From positions 1 to 25,538 of the IMG/VR virus record IMGVR_UViG_3300027138_000030: a stretch of 25,538 nucleotides of DNA. One strand, written 5' to 3'. Below, piece after piece: positions 7,482 to 14,972 of this stretch. The translations under genes and the position numbers were made by a program. Origin of the DNA: a virus (Duplodnaviria; Caudoviricetes). Under the pieces are notes generated by a model, which saw only the letters and a list, made by a program, of their open reading frames with translations, was not told the origin of the DNA and made no database searches. Numbering within the stretch: the first letter of the stretch is position 1; every line of letters begins with the position of its first letter.

Positions 7482-7704
7482 TGAGAAGCCCTCTGATGGC
7501 CTTAAAACGAGCCTGAATCAGGGAATTCACCGACTCATCTAACCGCCTGATGGTGGTGACAAGTGGTATGGTTTTACCTGTGGCGTATCGGGAGACTTGA
7601 GCAGGGTGAAAGCCAGCATGACGAGCAACATCGGTGATGGTGTAGCCAGCCACTTCAGCCTTTTCCTTAATGTTTTCAATGGTTTGCATAGTTTGTGTTG
7701 TCAT
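7474..7704 (-). CDS. XRE/Cro-like HTH transcriptional regulator
   Basis: TITDVARHAGFHPAQVSRYATGKTIP helix-turn-helix; first gene of the leftward operon. Confidence 0.85.
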   Translation of the reverse strand: MTTQTMQTIENIKEKAEVAGYTITDVARHAGFHPAQVSRYATGKTIPLVTTIRRLDESVNSLIQARFKAIRGLLND

Positions 7705-7714
7705 AGTGGGGAGG

Positions 7715-7743
7715 AGTCTAAAGACTTTTAATCCATTGGTCAA
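7715..7743 (-). promoter_or_regulatory. Sigma70 promoter for the HTH/replication operon
   Basis: TTGACC-17 bp-TAGACT on the minus strand, ending 10 nt before ATG 7704. Confidence 0.75.
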
Positions 7744-7796
7744 GCCCTTTGTGATTTAATAGTTGAGTTAATTGTGGGGGATTAGTTACAGGGTAG

Positions 7797-7824
7797 TTGA
7801 CAAGGTAGTTAATCGGTATATGAT
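7797..7824 (+). promoter_or_regulatory. Sigma70 promoter for the rightward early operon
   Basis: TTGACA-16 bp-TATGAT upstream of ATG 7857. Confidence 0.65.
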
Positions 7825-7856
7825 TCACTACATCAACAACGCAACAGGGGAACAAA

Positions 7857-8078
7857 ATGAAAGCAGATAGATTCACTAACCTACATATTGCCAAGCATTC
7901 AAACAATGTATTGAGAACAGAATATGTTGTATCAAGTGATACAGATACATGGAGTGTTACAGAACGTAATAACGAATGGTGTGTTGTGCATCAAGGTCGT
8001 ACATATCGACCAGTTACCTCAACCCCACAAGGTCAAACTATTTTGCAATTTGTACAAGATCAGTTAGCAGCCGCCTAA
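7857..8078 (+). CDS. Early hypothetical protein
   Basis: 73 aa; SD AGGGGA; first gene after the promoter. Confidence 0.75.
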   Translation: MKADRFTNLHIAKHSNNVLRTEYVVSSDTDTWSVTERNNEWCVVHQGRTYRPVTSTPQGQTILQFVQDQLAAA

Positions 8079-8088
8079 CCAACCCAAG

Positions 8089-8302
8089 GGGGCGCAAGCC
8101 CCTATACATAGAAAGCACAACATGAACAAATACTTTACAAGCAAAGAATTTCGCGCTGGCTTTGATGTAGCATCATTGTGCGAGTCTTGCGACAAATCTA
8201 AATCTAAAGATTGGATTGATGGTTGGAATCATTACCAAGACAAAATGACTGCAAGCGAAACAGCTTGCTGGTTTTAAATTAACAACAAGGGGCGCAAGCC
8301 CC
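8089..8302 (+). repeat. Two identical intergenic GGGGC-GCAA-GCCCC hairpins
   Basis: Copies at 8089-8102 and 8289-8302, each between a stop codon and the next RBS. Confidence 0.85.
8122..8277 (+). CDS. Small early protein (51 aa) with a weak RMF-like pattern
   Basis: Not in the ORF track. MNKYFTSKEFRAGFDVASLCESCDKSKSKDWIDGWNHYQDKMTASETACWF fills the space between the two hairpins. Confidence 0.7.
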   Translation: MNKYFTSKEFRAGFDVASLCESCDKSKSKDWIDGWNHYQDKMTASETACWF

Positions 8303-8318
8303 ATCTTTAAGGACAACC

Positions 8319-8474
8319 ATGTACCCAATTGAAGAATCAGAAGCAAACGAGATACGGCTTGAAGCCATGTACCTCAGACGCTACAACAACCAGTTGCTCA
8401 ACCACCCCGATTGCCGTGACCCCAACCACCCAACCTGTGAACTCTGTGATGAGGAGAATGATGATGACGCTTAA
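8319..8474 (+). CDS. Small acidic Cys/His protein (51 aa), putative metal-binding
   Basis: Not in the track; SD AAGGA; MYPIEESEANEIRLEAMYLRRYNNQLLNHPDCRDPNHPTCELCDEENDDDA. Confidence 0.75.
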   Translation: MYPIEESEANEIRLEAMYLRRYNNQLLNHPDCRDPNHPTCELCDEENDDDA

Positions 8475-8556
8475 AGAAACCTTTCAGGCCACAATAATCG
8501 GCTTGATTCTGGCTGTGCCTTTCCTGATTGAGATTGCAAAGGAGTTAGTGAAATGA
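8464..8556 (+). CDS. Single-TM peptide (about 30 aa)
   Basis: SD GAGGAG; MTLKETFQATIIGLILAVPFLIEIAKELVK; ATGA overlap with the next gene. Confidence 0.6.
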   Translation: MTLKETFQATIIGLILAVPFLIEIAKELVK

Positions 8557-8801
8557 CACCATTACAAGACTTCTGCCAAGAACCTCGTTCAATGGAAGAG
8601 TTAGAAGAGGCTGAATTTAAGCCTCACAGCGTCTATAACGCCGTCAAAAAGGGTGACTTGAAGAACGTCAAGGCAACAGACGATTGGGGGCGTAAAACGC
8701 ATGGTAAGGGCTTGTTCCTGTCCACCGTGACACCTATTCCCTATAACGCAACCCTGTTAGTGCAAGCATGGAATACACAACCACAAGGAGAGACAGCATG
8801 A
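8553..8801 (+). CDS. Hypothetical protein
   Basis: 82 aa; SD AAGGAG; ATGA coupling at both ends. Confidence 0.75.
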   Translation: MTPLQDFCQEPRSMEELEEAEFKPHSVYNAVKKGDLKNVKATDDWGRKTHGKGLFLSTVTPIPYNATLLVQAWNTQPQGETA

Positions 8802-9064
8802 GTCTGCATAAAGAATTAAAAGAACTGGTTACCAAGATTGCACCCCCCAGAAACATTCTTGGTGGTTTCATGACCCGTAACGACATCATCCAACTGATTG
8901 AAAAGGTAGCTGATGAGGCATCCTTGTTGGGTTGGATTCATGCAGAAACTATGAGCCGCAAAAGGCTAGAGAATAAGATTTTGAGACTTGAGCAGGAAGT
9001 CGAGATTCTAAAAGGCCAACTCAAGGACGCTGAGCTAGAACTGATTGCTGTAGCAGCCAAATGA
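8798..9064 (+). CDS. Hypothetical protein with C-terminal coiled coil
   Basis: Start re-called at MSLHKEL (SD AAGGAG, ATGA overlap). Confidence 0.75.
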   Translation: MSLHKELKELVTKIAPPRNILGGFMTRNDIIQLIEKVADEASLLGWIHAETMSRKRLENKILRLEQEVEILKGQLKDAELELIAVAAK

Positions 9065-9363
9065 GCCACTTGAACAAAGTCATCTTGGCTTTGCTTTGTG
9101 CTGGCGCACTCTTTTACTTTGATTCAAGGGAGAAAACTCATGTTGGAAACAATAATAAATTTCGTGCTAATAGCGACATTAGCATTCGCCTTGGGAATAG
9201 CAGTTTGCGTAGCATTTGTTTTCTGGCTTCTAAGAGAAAGCAAACAAGAGTGATTTGTCCAGATTGCAAGAAGTGGGTCAGAGATGTAGGGGCAAAAACT
9301 TACAGTTGCGCCAACTCAAAGATCAAAAGAGGATTGCTATTTACTCATAGGGGACGCAAATGA
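9061..9363 (+). CDS. Hypothetical protein (N-terminal hydrophobic segment, C-terminal CPDC motif); may be two products
   Basis: 100-aa ORF coupled by ATGA; an internal in-frame GTG at 9250 gives MICPDCKKW. Confidence 0.5.
   Translation: MSHLNKVILALLCAGALFYFDSREKTHVGNNNKFRANSDISIRLGNSSLRSICFLASKRKQTRVICPDCKKWVRDVGAKTYSCANSKIKRGLLFTHRGRK
9140..9253 (+). CDS. Nested single-TM peptide (37 aa)
   Basis: SD AAGGGAG; MLETIINFVLIATLAFALGIAVCVAFVFWLLRESKQE; stop overlaps GTG 9250. Confidence 0.6.
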   Translation: MLETIINFVLIATLAFALGIAVCVAFVFWLLRESKQE

Positions 9364-9554
9364 AAGGCGGTGCAAGAGTAGGGTCAGGCAGGAAGCTACC
9401 CATCATTGACGAGCGTAGAGCGTTTAGCTTGTATGAACAGGGGTTCACCAAGCTAGAGATTGCCAACAGATTCAATGTCTTATATAAGTCTATGCTGACC
9501 ATCTTTCGCAAGGCCGGAAGATTTAAAGAAACTACAAAAAGGAAAAAGGCATGA
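9360..9554 (+). CDS. Small HTH DNA-binding protein with N-terminal GGAR.GSGRK motif
   Basis: LYEQGFTKLEIANRFNV is HTH-like; basic protein. Confidence 0.7.
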   Translation: MKGGARVGSGRKLPIIDERRAFSLYEQGFTKLEIANRFNVLYKSMLTIFRKAGRFKETTKRKKA

Positions 9555-9793
9555 ACTGGCGGCAACTAACGATTCAGTACGTCAAGGATTTACTCAGGGC
9601 AAAGACACCTGTCGAGATGGTGGAAAAGGAACTGACTGAGGCACAACTTGCCAAGCTGCAAGCAGAGACTTCAGTAGAGTATTCGCAAGCCATTGTGGAC
9701 TACAACAAGCAACGCATCATGCGTCTTAGCAAAAGAATTCAAGAACTTGGGGGAAACAATGTCCGAATCATTGAATCGAAAACGACAAATTGA
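9551..9793 (+). CDS. Hypothetical coiled-coil protein
   Basis: 80 aa; ATGA coupling. Confidence 0.7.
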   Translation: MNWRQLTIQYVKDLLRAKTPVEMVEKELTEAQLAKLQAETSVEYSQAIVDYNKQRIMRLSKRIQELGGNNVRIIESKTTN

Positions 9794-9944
9794 GGAACTC
9801 AAACTAGTTGATGTTGAGCTAAACCCGTATCGCAATATTGTGATTGAGGAAGTGGCAACAGAGATTCAGACAAAGTTTAAGTCGGCATTCCCACCAGATA
9901 CAACAGACAGTTTTGCAGTTTTTGTAAGGAACATGAAAAAATGA
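9759..9944 (+). CDS. Hypothetical protein (61 aa)
   Basis: Start re-called at MSESLNRK with SD GGGGGA. Confidence 0.65.
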   Translation: MSESLNRKRQIEELKLVDVELNPYRNIVIEEVATEIQTKFKSAFPPDTTDSFAVFVRNMKK

Positions 9945-10180
9945 CACAAGATGAAATTATTGAGATGGCAAGACAGGCTGGATTCATGATGGAAAACTCA
10001 GCCGCAATTCAAGCCGCAGAAATCTTTGCCAAACTTGTAGCCGCCAAGGAACGTAAAGCGTGTGTTCTGGAATGTGCAGACTTTATTGATTCCAAATTTG
10101 ATATTTCTCCAGATAGCGGCGAAGTTGTTTCTTATGCAGATGGCGGTCAGTTGAAAGAACATTTTGGAATTGAATCATGA
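9941..10180 (+). CDS. Hypothetical protein (MTQDEIIEMARQAG type)
   Basis: 79 aa; ATGA coupling; FAKLVAAKERKAC segment typical of phage accessory genes. Confidence 0.75.
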   Translation: MTQDEIIEMARQAGFMMENSAAIQAAEIFAKLVAAKERKACVLECADFIDSKFDISPDSGEVVSYADGGQLKEHFGIES

Positions 10181-10680
10181 CACAAGAAGAATTAAAGCTG
10201 GTGTTTGATGCGCTAAAACAATGCAACACTTATGCGTTTGCAGGTGGTTTTGGTGTTCGAGCAACAGCGCATACAGATGCCCTTGCTATTCTTGAAAAAG
10301 CCTTGGCACAGCCAGAGCAAGAGCCTAATTGGGCATGGACTTGCAACGAATGCGGAGCGCAGGAATTTACATTAGCACTCTGTAAAGCTGACCTTGACTA
10401 TCTTGCGTGTTCAGGATGTGGGAGCAACGAATTTCACAAAGAAGCCTTGGCACAAGAGCAAGAGCCTGTGTGCGATAAAGACCCTCAAGGTTGTTGGAAT
10501 GTGCGCTGCCAACTTGGTAAGAAATGCAAGAACACCCCACCCGCAGCACAGCGCACATGGGTAGGGCTGACGGATGAGCAGATTGATGCTTGCTGGAACA
10601 AAACCTTGTGGAAAGAGAAGCAACCTCACCATATTTTTGCCAAAGCCATTGAAGCCAAACTCAAGGATAAAAATTCTTGA
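10177..10680 (+). CDS. Mosaic hypothetical protein with Cys-rich inserts and C-terminal WVGLTDEQI domain
   Basis: ALAQ(P)EQEP linker twice, CxxC...CxxC module, FAKAIEAKLK end. Confidence 0.8.
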   Translation: MTQEELKLVFDALKQCNTYAFAGGFGVRATAHTDALAILEKALAQPEQEPNWAWTCNECGAQEFTLALCKADLDYLACSGCGSNEFHKEALAQEQEPVCDKDPQGCWNVRCQLGKKCKNTPPAAQRTWVGLTDEQIDACWNKTLWKEKQPHHIFAKAIEAKLKDKNS

Positions 10681-10880
10681 TTGTAAAAATCCGCACGTTT
10701 TACGGTAAGCAACGGGGTCTAAGAGGTGACCGCCAGCATCAAGTGGATGAGGGAGTTGCTTGGTTATGCCAGAAGTGTGGACAGGTGATCTTGCATGAAC
10801 ACCTGATCCACAAACACTTTTGCAAGACTCAGATTAAGCCTGTAGTCCATTCAAATACTGAGTCTTCCCTGCAACCTTGA
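10677..10880 (+). CDS. Small putative Zn-binding protein; last rightward gene
   Basis: TTG start overlapping the upstream stop; CQKC...HKHFC; overlaps the endolysin 3' end by 47 bp. Confidence 0.55.
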   Translation: MIVKIRTFYGKQRGLRGDRQHQVDEGVAWLCQKCGQVILHEHLIHKHFCKTQIKPVVHSNTESSLQP

Positions 10881-11298
10881 CAGCAGTCAACTCTTGATTC
10901 TTCAGGTTGTTGGGGTCATACGACACATGAACCCATCCACTATCAGGTACGCCTTGTGTGTAAAACTCTAAGATCAACTGTGTGTAGTCCAAGTTGTCCA
11001 TGATCCACTGTGCGAGGTCAGCGTTGGCAACGCCAGCAATCTCAATATCTGCCGCCATGCCCTTGCAATGGTCTGAGGACTTCGATCCATTCACAGCAGC
11101 ATTACTTTCAGGACTACGATAGGCTGAGTTCACGGTAACAGACTTGCCGAAATGCTCTCTAACAGGCTGTAGGACGTTCTCACACAATGCTTTGAGGTTC
11201 TCAATGGTTGCTTCATCAGGCGTGTTGTCCAGACCCAAACGAGTGGCAGTGTCGGACTTTGTCAGTTCTTTCAGGGTGAAGTTGGCAGATAAGTTCAT
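10834..11298 (-). CDS. Endolysin, peptidase M15A family
   Basis: SAYRSPESN, SDHCKGMAADI and WVHVSY zinc-peptidase motifs. Confidence 0.92.
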   Translation of the reverse strand: MNLSANFTLKELTKSDTATRLGLDNTPDEATIENLKALCENVLQPVREHFGKSVTVNSAYRSPESNAAVNGSKSSDHCKGMAADIEIAGVANADLAQWIMDNLDYTQLILEFYTQGVPDSGWVHVSYDPNNLKNQELTAVKVAGKTQYLNGLQA

Positions 11299-11780
11299 GG
11301 TTTGACTTTCAAGGTTTGGAGGGCTTCGTTGTAGAGGGAGACACAGGTTGCGAGTTTTCTGATGGCGGCATCTCCTTCGTCTGTGATGGCGATAAGAGCT
11401 TTAGAAGTCTCTCCGTCAAGTTCGGCTGATGCACTTCCTGAGTTATCTCCGCTGGTAACGGGGGCATCTGAGGAGGCTTGTACGGCGCACTCTGAGGCTT
11501 TGACAGCGACCCGCAACCGCAAAGCACCACTGTCAATATCACTATTGCGCTTTTGCTGTAAAAGTTTAGCATTTTGATTTGCCTTTTGGAGTTTTAAAGA
11601 TTGGTTCTGAACAGCAGTAATAAGGACTTGCTCCTTTTGCCTTGCGTCCTCATTAAGCGCAGCAATCTCAAGTTTTTGACGATCATTCTCGTCATTTGTT
11701 CCCTTGAGATAACCAGTGCCAAATGAACTCGCTACCGCCAAAAAGATGCCTAAAAGTACCCAAGGGTTAAACAGGCTCAT
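11295..11780 (-). CDS. Rz-like inner-membrane spanin
   Basis: N-terminal TM, coiled coil, GALRLRV, C-terminal Cys; hosts a nested lipoprotein gene. Confidence 0.85.
   Translation of the reverse strand: MSLFNPWVLLGIFLAVASSFGTGYLKGTNDENDRQKLEIAALNEDARQKEQVLITAVQNQSLKLQKANQNAKLLQQKRNSDIDSGALRLRVAVKASECAVQASSDAPVTSGDNSGSASAELDGETSKALIAITDEGDAAIRKLATCVSLYNEALQTLKVKP
11309..11572 (-). CDS. Rz1-like outer-membrane spanin lipoprotein (nested)
   Basis: Lipobox LCGC and Pro-rich mature part; embedded in Rz in another frame. Confidence 0.8.
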   Translation of the reverse strand: MLNFYSKSAIVILTVVLCGCGSLSKPQSAPYKPPQMPPLPAEITQEVHQPNLTERLLKLLSPSQTKEMPPSENSQPVSPSTTKPSKP

Positions 11781-12097
11781 GGCTTTGGGGGTTCATCATT
11801 GTCAACAGCCTCTGCCTTTGCTGTAGCAGTTGCTATTGCTTTAACACCAGACCTGCCAGCAACACCACCAAGAACACCAGTGATAAACACCATGATGGTG
11901 GAAATCTGTTGTGTGTACACCTTGTCAATGGGAGCCATACCAGCCATAGGCTGAGTGACGTATGTCAAAGCATAGAGAAACATGGCTACCGAGCCGAAAA
12001 GAATCAGCATCAAGCAAACAATCACAAACGCCCATACCCTAGCTTCAATATCGTCAGCAGTCATACGACTATTTTTGTTCATCACGATTGTTGGCAT
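11777..12097 (-). CDS. Two-TM membrane protein, holin candidate
   Basis: Two hydrophobic helices; within the lysis cassette. Confidence 0.6.
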   Translation of the reverse strand: MPTIVMNKNSRMTADDIEARVWAFVIVCLMLILFGSVAMFLYALTYVTQPMAGMAPIDKVYTQQISTIMVFITGVLGGVAGRSGVKAIATATAKAEAVDNDEPPKP

Positions 12098-12270
12098 TAC
12101 TTTTTCTCCTGTTCGGGTTTAACGAGTTGCTCTGGACAAGTACCTGTAGCGGTACAAATTGGGGGCTTACATTCAGCATTTTGCCAATTCTGAGGGTCTT
12201 GGCAACTATAGCGAAATCGGTCTTCACAGCCCGTCAACAGTACCAATGCCATCAAAAATAATATTCTCAT
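12097..12270 (-). CDS. Small Cys-rich lipoprotein (57 aa)
   Basis: Not in the track. MRILFLMALVLLTGCEDRFRYSCQDPQNWQNAECKPPICTATGTCPEQLVKPEQEKK; lipobox LTGC; SD GGGAG; coupled at both ends. Confidence 0.8.
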   Translation of the reverse strand: MRILFLMALVLLTGCEDRFRYSCQDPQNWQNAECKPPICTATGTCPEQLVKPEQEKK

Positions 12271-12554
12271 TTGCTTTTCTCCCTTTCTTTTTGCTCAATC
12301 TTTTGCCGCATTTTCTCTACCTTCTCCACCTCAGACTTGACCTCATTCTTAGCCTCTAAGATGTCAAGATAAAGAAACCCCATTACAGGCAACAACAAGG
12401 CAATCAGCAAGCAAGCAGCAATCCATCCCACTATGTCTTCCTCCACTGACTTACGAACAGTAACCACGCCCACAGGTAGAGGAGGAATATAGTAGTCGCT
12501 GCTAGGTACGCTAGTTTTAGCTGGAAGTTTCTTTCTTCCTGTTTGCGTTGCCAT
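12267..12554 (-). CDS. Single-TM protein with C-terminal coiled coil
   Basis: IVGWIAACLLIALLLPVMGFLYL TM followed by a charged helix; exact start uncertain. Confidence 0.65.
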   Translation of the reverse strand: MATQTGRKKLPAKTSVPSSDYYIPPLPVGVVTVRKSVEEDIVGWIAACLLIALLLPVMGFLYLDILEAKNEVKSEVEKVEKMRQKIEQKEREKSK

Positions 12555-13129
12555 AATTCCCGCCGTTTTACTGCTTCTTGCTTTAGCCTTGCCTGAGTTT
12601 GCTCCTCTTGTATTGTTTCCCTCATTGCAAATACCTCTGAGTACAGTGCGCCCATCTCAGGAGGACTCTGATACACCATACATTCCCTGATCTGCACCAC
12701 CAACTCAGCCATCTGCTGCTGTGCCATCACTCTCTTGAGTGCGGCTTCCATGTAGTTCTGGTCAGGGTCGTAGACGTTCTTTGACTTTTCTTCTTCTTCC
12801 CTTATGTGCGCTTCTAATTGTTCTTGAATCTTGAAAAACTCTGTCAGACTTTGGACGATACCAACTTTGACCTGAGTCTCATCAACAGGTGCATAAACAG
12901 ACTTCTTAGCCTTAGCCACAGGCTTTGCAGCTTGAGGCTTAGGTTTAGCACCAAAGAGTTTAAGGAAGTTACCCCAAAATCCAGTAACTTCCTTATATAT
13001 CCCAACGACTTCATCAGCAGTGGCTTTAATCTCAACAAAAGATTCTTTAGCTTGTTTGTAGAGTTCGCAACCAGCTTGAATCTGTTTGACCAGACCAGCC
13101 GCCATGAGGCATAACGTGATTGGATCAAT
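12431..13129 (-). CDS. Helical protein with C-terminal TM; first gene of the lysis region (probable ATT start)
   Basis: 224 aa from ATG 13105; extends to ATT 13129 (MDPITLCLMAAG) with SD AGGAG. Confidence 0.75.
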   Translation of the reverse strand: MDPITLCLMAAGLVKQIQAGCELYKQAKESFVEIKATADEVVGIYKEVTGFWGNFLKLFGAKPKPQAAKPVAKAKKSVYAPVDETQVKVGIVQSLTEFFKIQEQLEAHIREEEEKSKNVYDPDQNYMEAALKRVMAQQQMAELVVQIRECMVYQSPPEMGALYSEVFAMRETIQEEQTQARLKQEAVKRRELWQRKQEERNFQLKLAYLAATTIFLLYLWAWLLFVSQWRKT

Positions 13130-13130
13130 T

Positions 13131-14963
13131 TCAGTCTCCTTTTTTCAAGGCATCTTCAATTCGTGCTTTCAGTTTGCGGTCTTTTACAAATTGATTTGCA
13201 TAACGAATTCCAGCTAAAACAGGAATTGGTAATCCTGTGAATGCAAGACCACCACCAACCTCAGTTATTGCCAATAGAATAGTTCCAGCAGTACCAGATG
13301 TATTCACCAAAGTTCCTGGCGGTACTGTTTGAACATACTGCAAGACTTCATTCAGATCACGAATGGTTTGAGCCTTATCCTTGCCAAGCACAATATCTAA
13401 ACGACCATTTTTGTCTAAAGCTGTGATTGCCTCATTAAGTTTTGCTGGCGAAACAATCTTTCTACCCATTGAGTCAGTTCCAACGCCACTTGTTGCAACT
13501 TCTTGAATGTGATTGATGGTTGATCCTTGAACCTCTTTCCATGCAGACTGACCATCTTTTCCGCTAGTGTAAAGAACACGCTTTAAGAACGTAATCTCCT
13601 CTGGACTACCATTCAAAATTGATTTTTGGAATACTTCACTAGCCTCAATTTTGGGATCATCCTTGCCTTTTACCTTGGTAAGTAAATTTGCAACAATGGC
13701 ACGACCTTCAAACTTACGAGCCTGTTGCTCACGCAATGCTCTAGCTTGTTTGTACAAATCACCGCCAACACCATCAGTAGATGCGTCAATTACTTGTTTG
13801 AGTTCACTACCAAACTTTTTATTTGTTGGTTCTATGCCAATTGTTTTGCCAATGCTTTGACGCAATAACTCAGTATTTTTTAAATCTGCTGGCAAGGCTC
13901 TGATTGTTCCATCATCAAGTTGCTCAAATACTCCAAGTTGAATGCCTTTATTTTTTGCAACATTGATAATAGGCGCAACTGATGACTCTGGCATATTTTG
14001 ATTGATGTAGTCAGCCAATGAATCAAGTTTCACTGGTGCTTGAAGTTGACCAGCATTTTCAGCCTTTGTATATGCTGCATTTGTCTTTGCTTTTGCGCCT
14101 TGCCAACCTTGAGATAAGGCATCAATAACCTTGTTTCCTGTGCCGGCAAATCCAGTTTGAGCCGCTTGAGCACCTGTCATTTCCATTAAGGCATCAAAGT
14201 TTTGCAAAACTTCTAAATTATTTTGCTCTGCTCTTTCCCTCAAAGGTGCGCCTTGTTGACCTTTCATTTGTTCTTTTTCAAATGCAAGTTGTTGAGCCTC
14301 TCTGGTTGAAGCACCTTTGGTTAAAGTCACTGGTACAGGCAAATTAGCAGAAGTAGTTTCACGAACTAATGGCATTGCAGTAGCAGCAGCACCACCGCTT
14401 TGACGCATAGCTTGTGCTGATGGGGCATCTTGGAAAGCACTACGAACAGTAGAAACTCCACGCTGGACAGGTGCAACAATGGCTTGTTTTGTACCTTGAG
14501 AAAACAAACCTGATGGCAATACTGGCGCAATTGGAATCAACTCAGCCCCTACTCTACCAAGCATTTCAACCTGTTCTTGTCCAGCTTGAGTCCTTGGGGC
14601 GTAAGTGTATTGCTGACCACCTAATGCGGCTCTCTGCTCAATTCTTCTAGCCGCTTCAGGAGTACCAAACTGACCAGATTTAACTTCCTCATAAGCACCA
14701 GTTATAGCCCCGCCAACAGTACCAGCAAGACCAGTAGTGCCGCCAGTTAAGAGAGTCAATCCTGTCTCACCAGCACCAATCAACTTTTCACCAAAAGTAG
14801 GTTCTCTATAAGGCTGTGTCTGTGGTTGTGGTTGTGGTTGAGAAACTGCAAAATCTTCAGGCTTAGCCAAACCGTTACGAATGGCCTTTTCCATGATTTG
14901 AGCCTTAGTTGTTCCTTCTGGAACATCCTTAATAACTACGCCGTTTGGCAGTTCAATATCCAT
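13131..14963 (-). CDS. Internal virion / DNA ejection protein (large)
   Basis: 610 aa, Ala/Gly/Gln-rich and helical with a Gly-rich hydrophobic segment; third of three genes after the tail module. Confidence 0.7.
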   Translation of the reverse strand: MDIELPNGVVIKDVPEGTTKAQIMEKAIRNGLAKPEDFAVSQPQPQPQTQPYREPTFGEKLIGAGETGLTLLTGGTTGLAGTVGGAITGAYEEVKSGQFGTPEAARRIEQRAALGGQQYTYAPRTQAGQEQVEMLGRVGAELIPIAPVLPSGLFSQGTKQAIVAPVQRGVSTVRSAFQDAPSAQAMRQSGGAAATAMPLVRETTSANLPVPVTLTKGASTREAQQLAFEKEQMKGQQGAPLRERAEQNNLEVLQNFDALMEMTGAQAAQTGFAGTGNKVIDALSQGWQGAKAKTNAAYTKAENAGQLQAPVKLDSLADYINQNMPESSVAPIINVAKNKGIQLGVFEQLDDGTIRALPADLKNTELLRQSIGKTIGIEPTNKKFGSELKQVIDASTDGVGGDLYKQARALREQQARKFEGRAIVANLLTKVKGKDDPKIEASEVFQKSILNGSPEEITFLKRVLYTSGKDGQSAWKEVQGSTINHIQEVATSGVGTDSMGRKIVSPAKLNEAITALDKNGRLDIVLGKDKAQTIRDLNEVLQYVQTVPPGTLVNTSGTAGTILLAITEVGGGLAFTGLPIPVLAGIRYANQFVKDRKLKARIEDALKKGD

Positions 14964-14972
14964 GACAATCCT

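Noticed and set aside
8089-8302. Hairpin repeats as a mini-CRISPR array
   Set aside because: Only two 14-bp copies, separated by a full gene.
8329-8457. 5' part of track ORF 8329-8556
   Set aside because: Better explained by the SD-led ORF 8319-8474 plus a TM peptide starting near 8464.
12844-13128. 94-aa TTG-start ORF overlapping the 224-aa gene
   Set aside because: It shares the SD region but has no recognisable features; the ATT-start frame is more coherent. Not fully excluded.
14821-14840. TGTGGT tandem repeat as a phase-variation tract
   Set aside because: In-frame 6-mer encoding a QPQPQP linker; slippage would not shift the frame.
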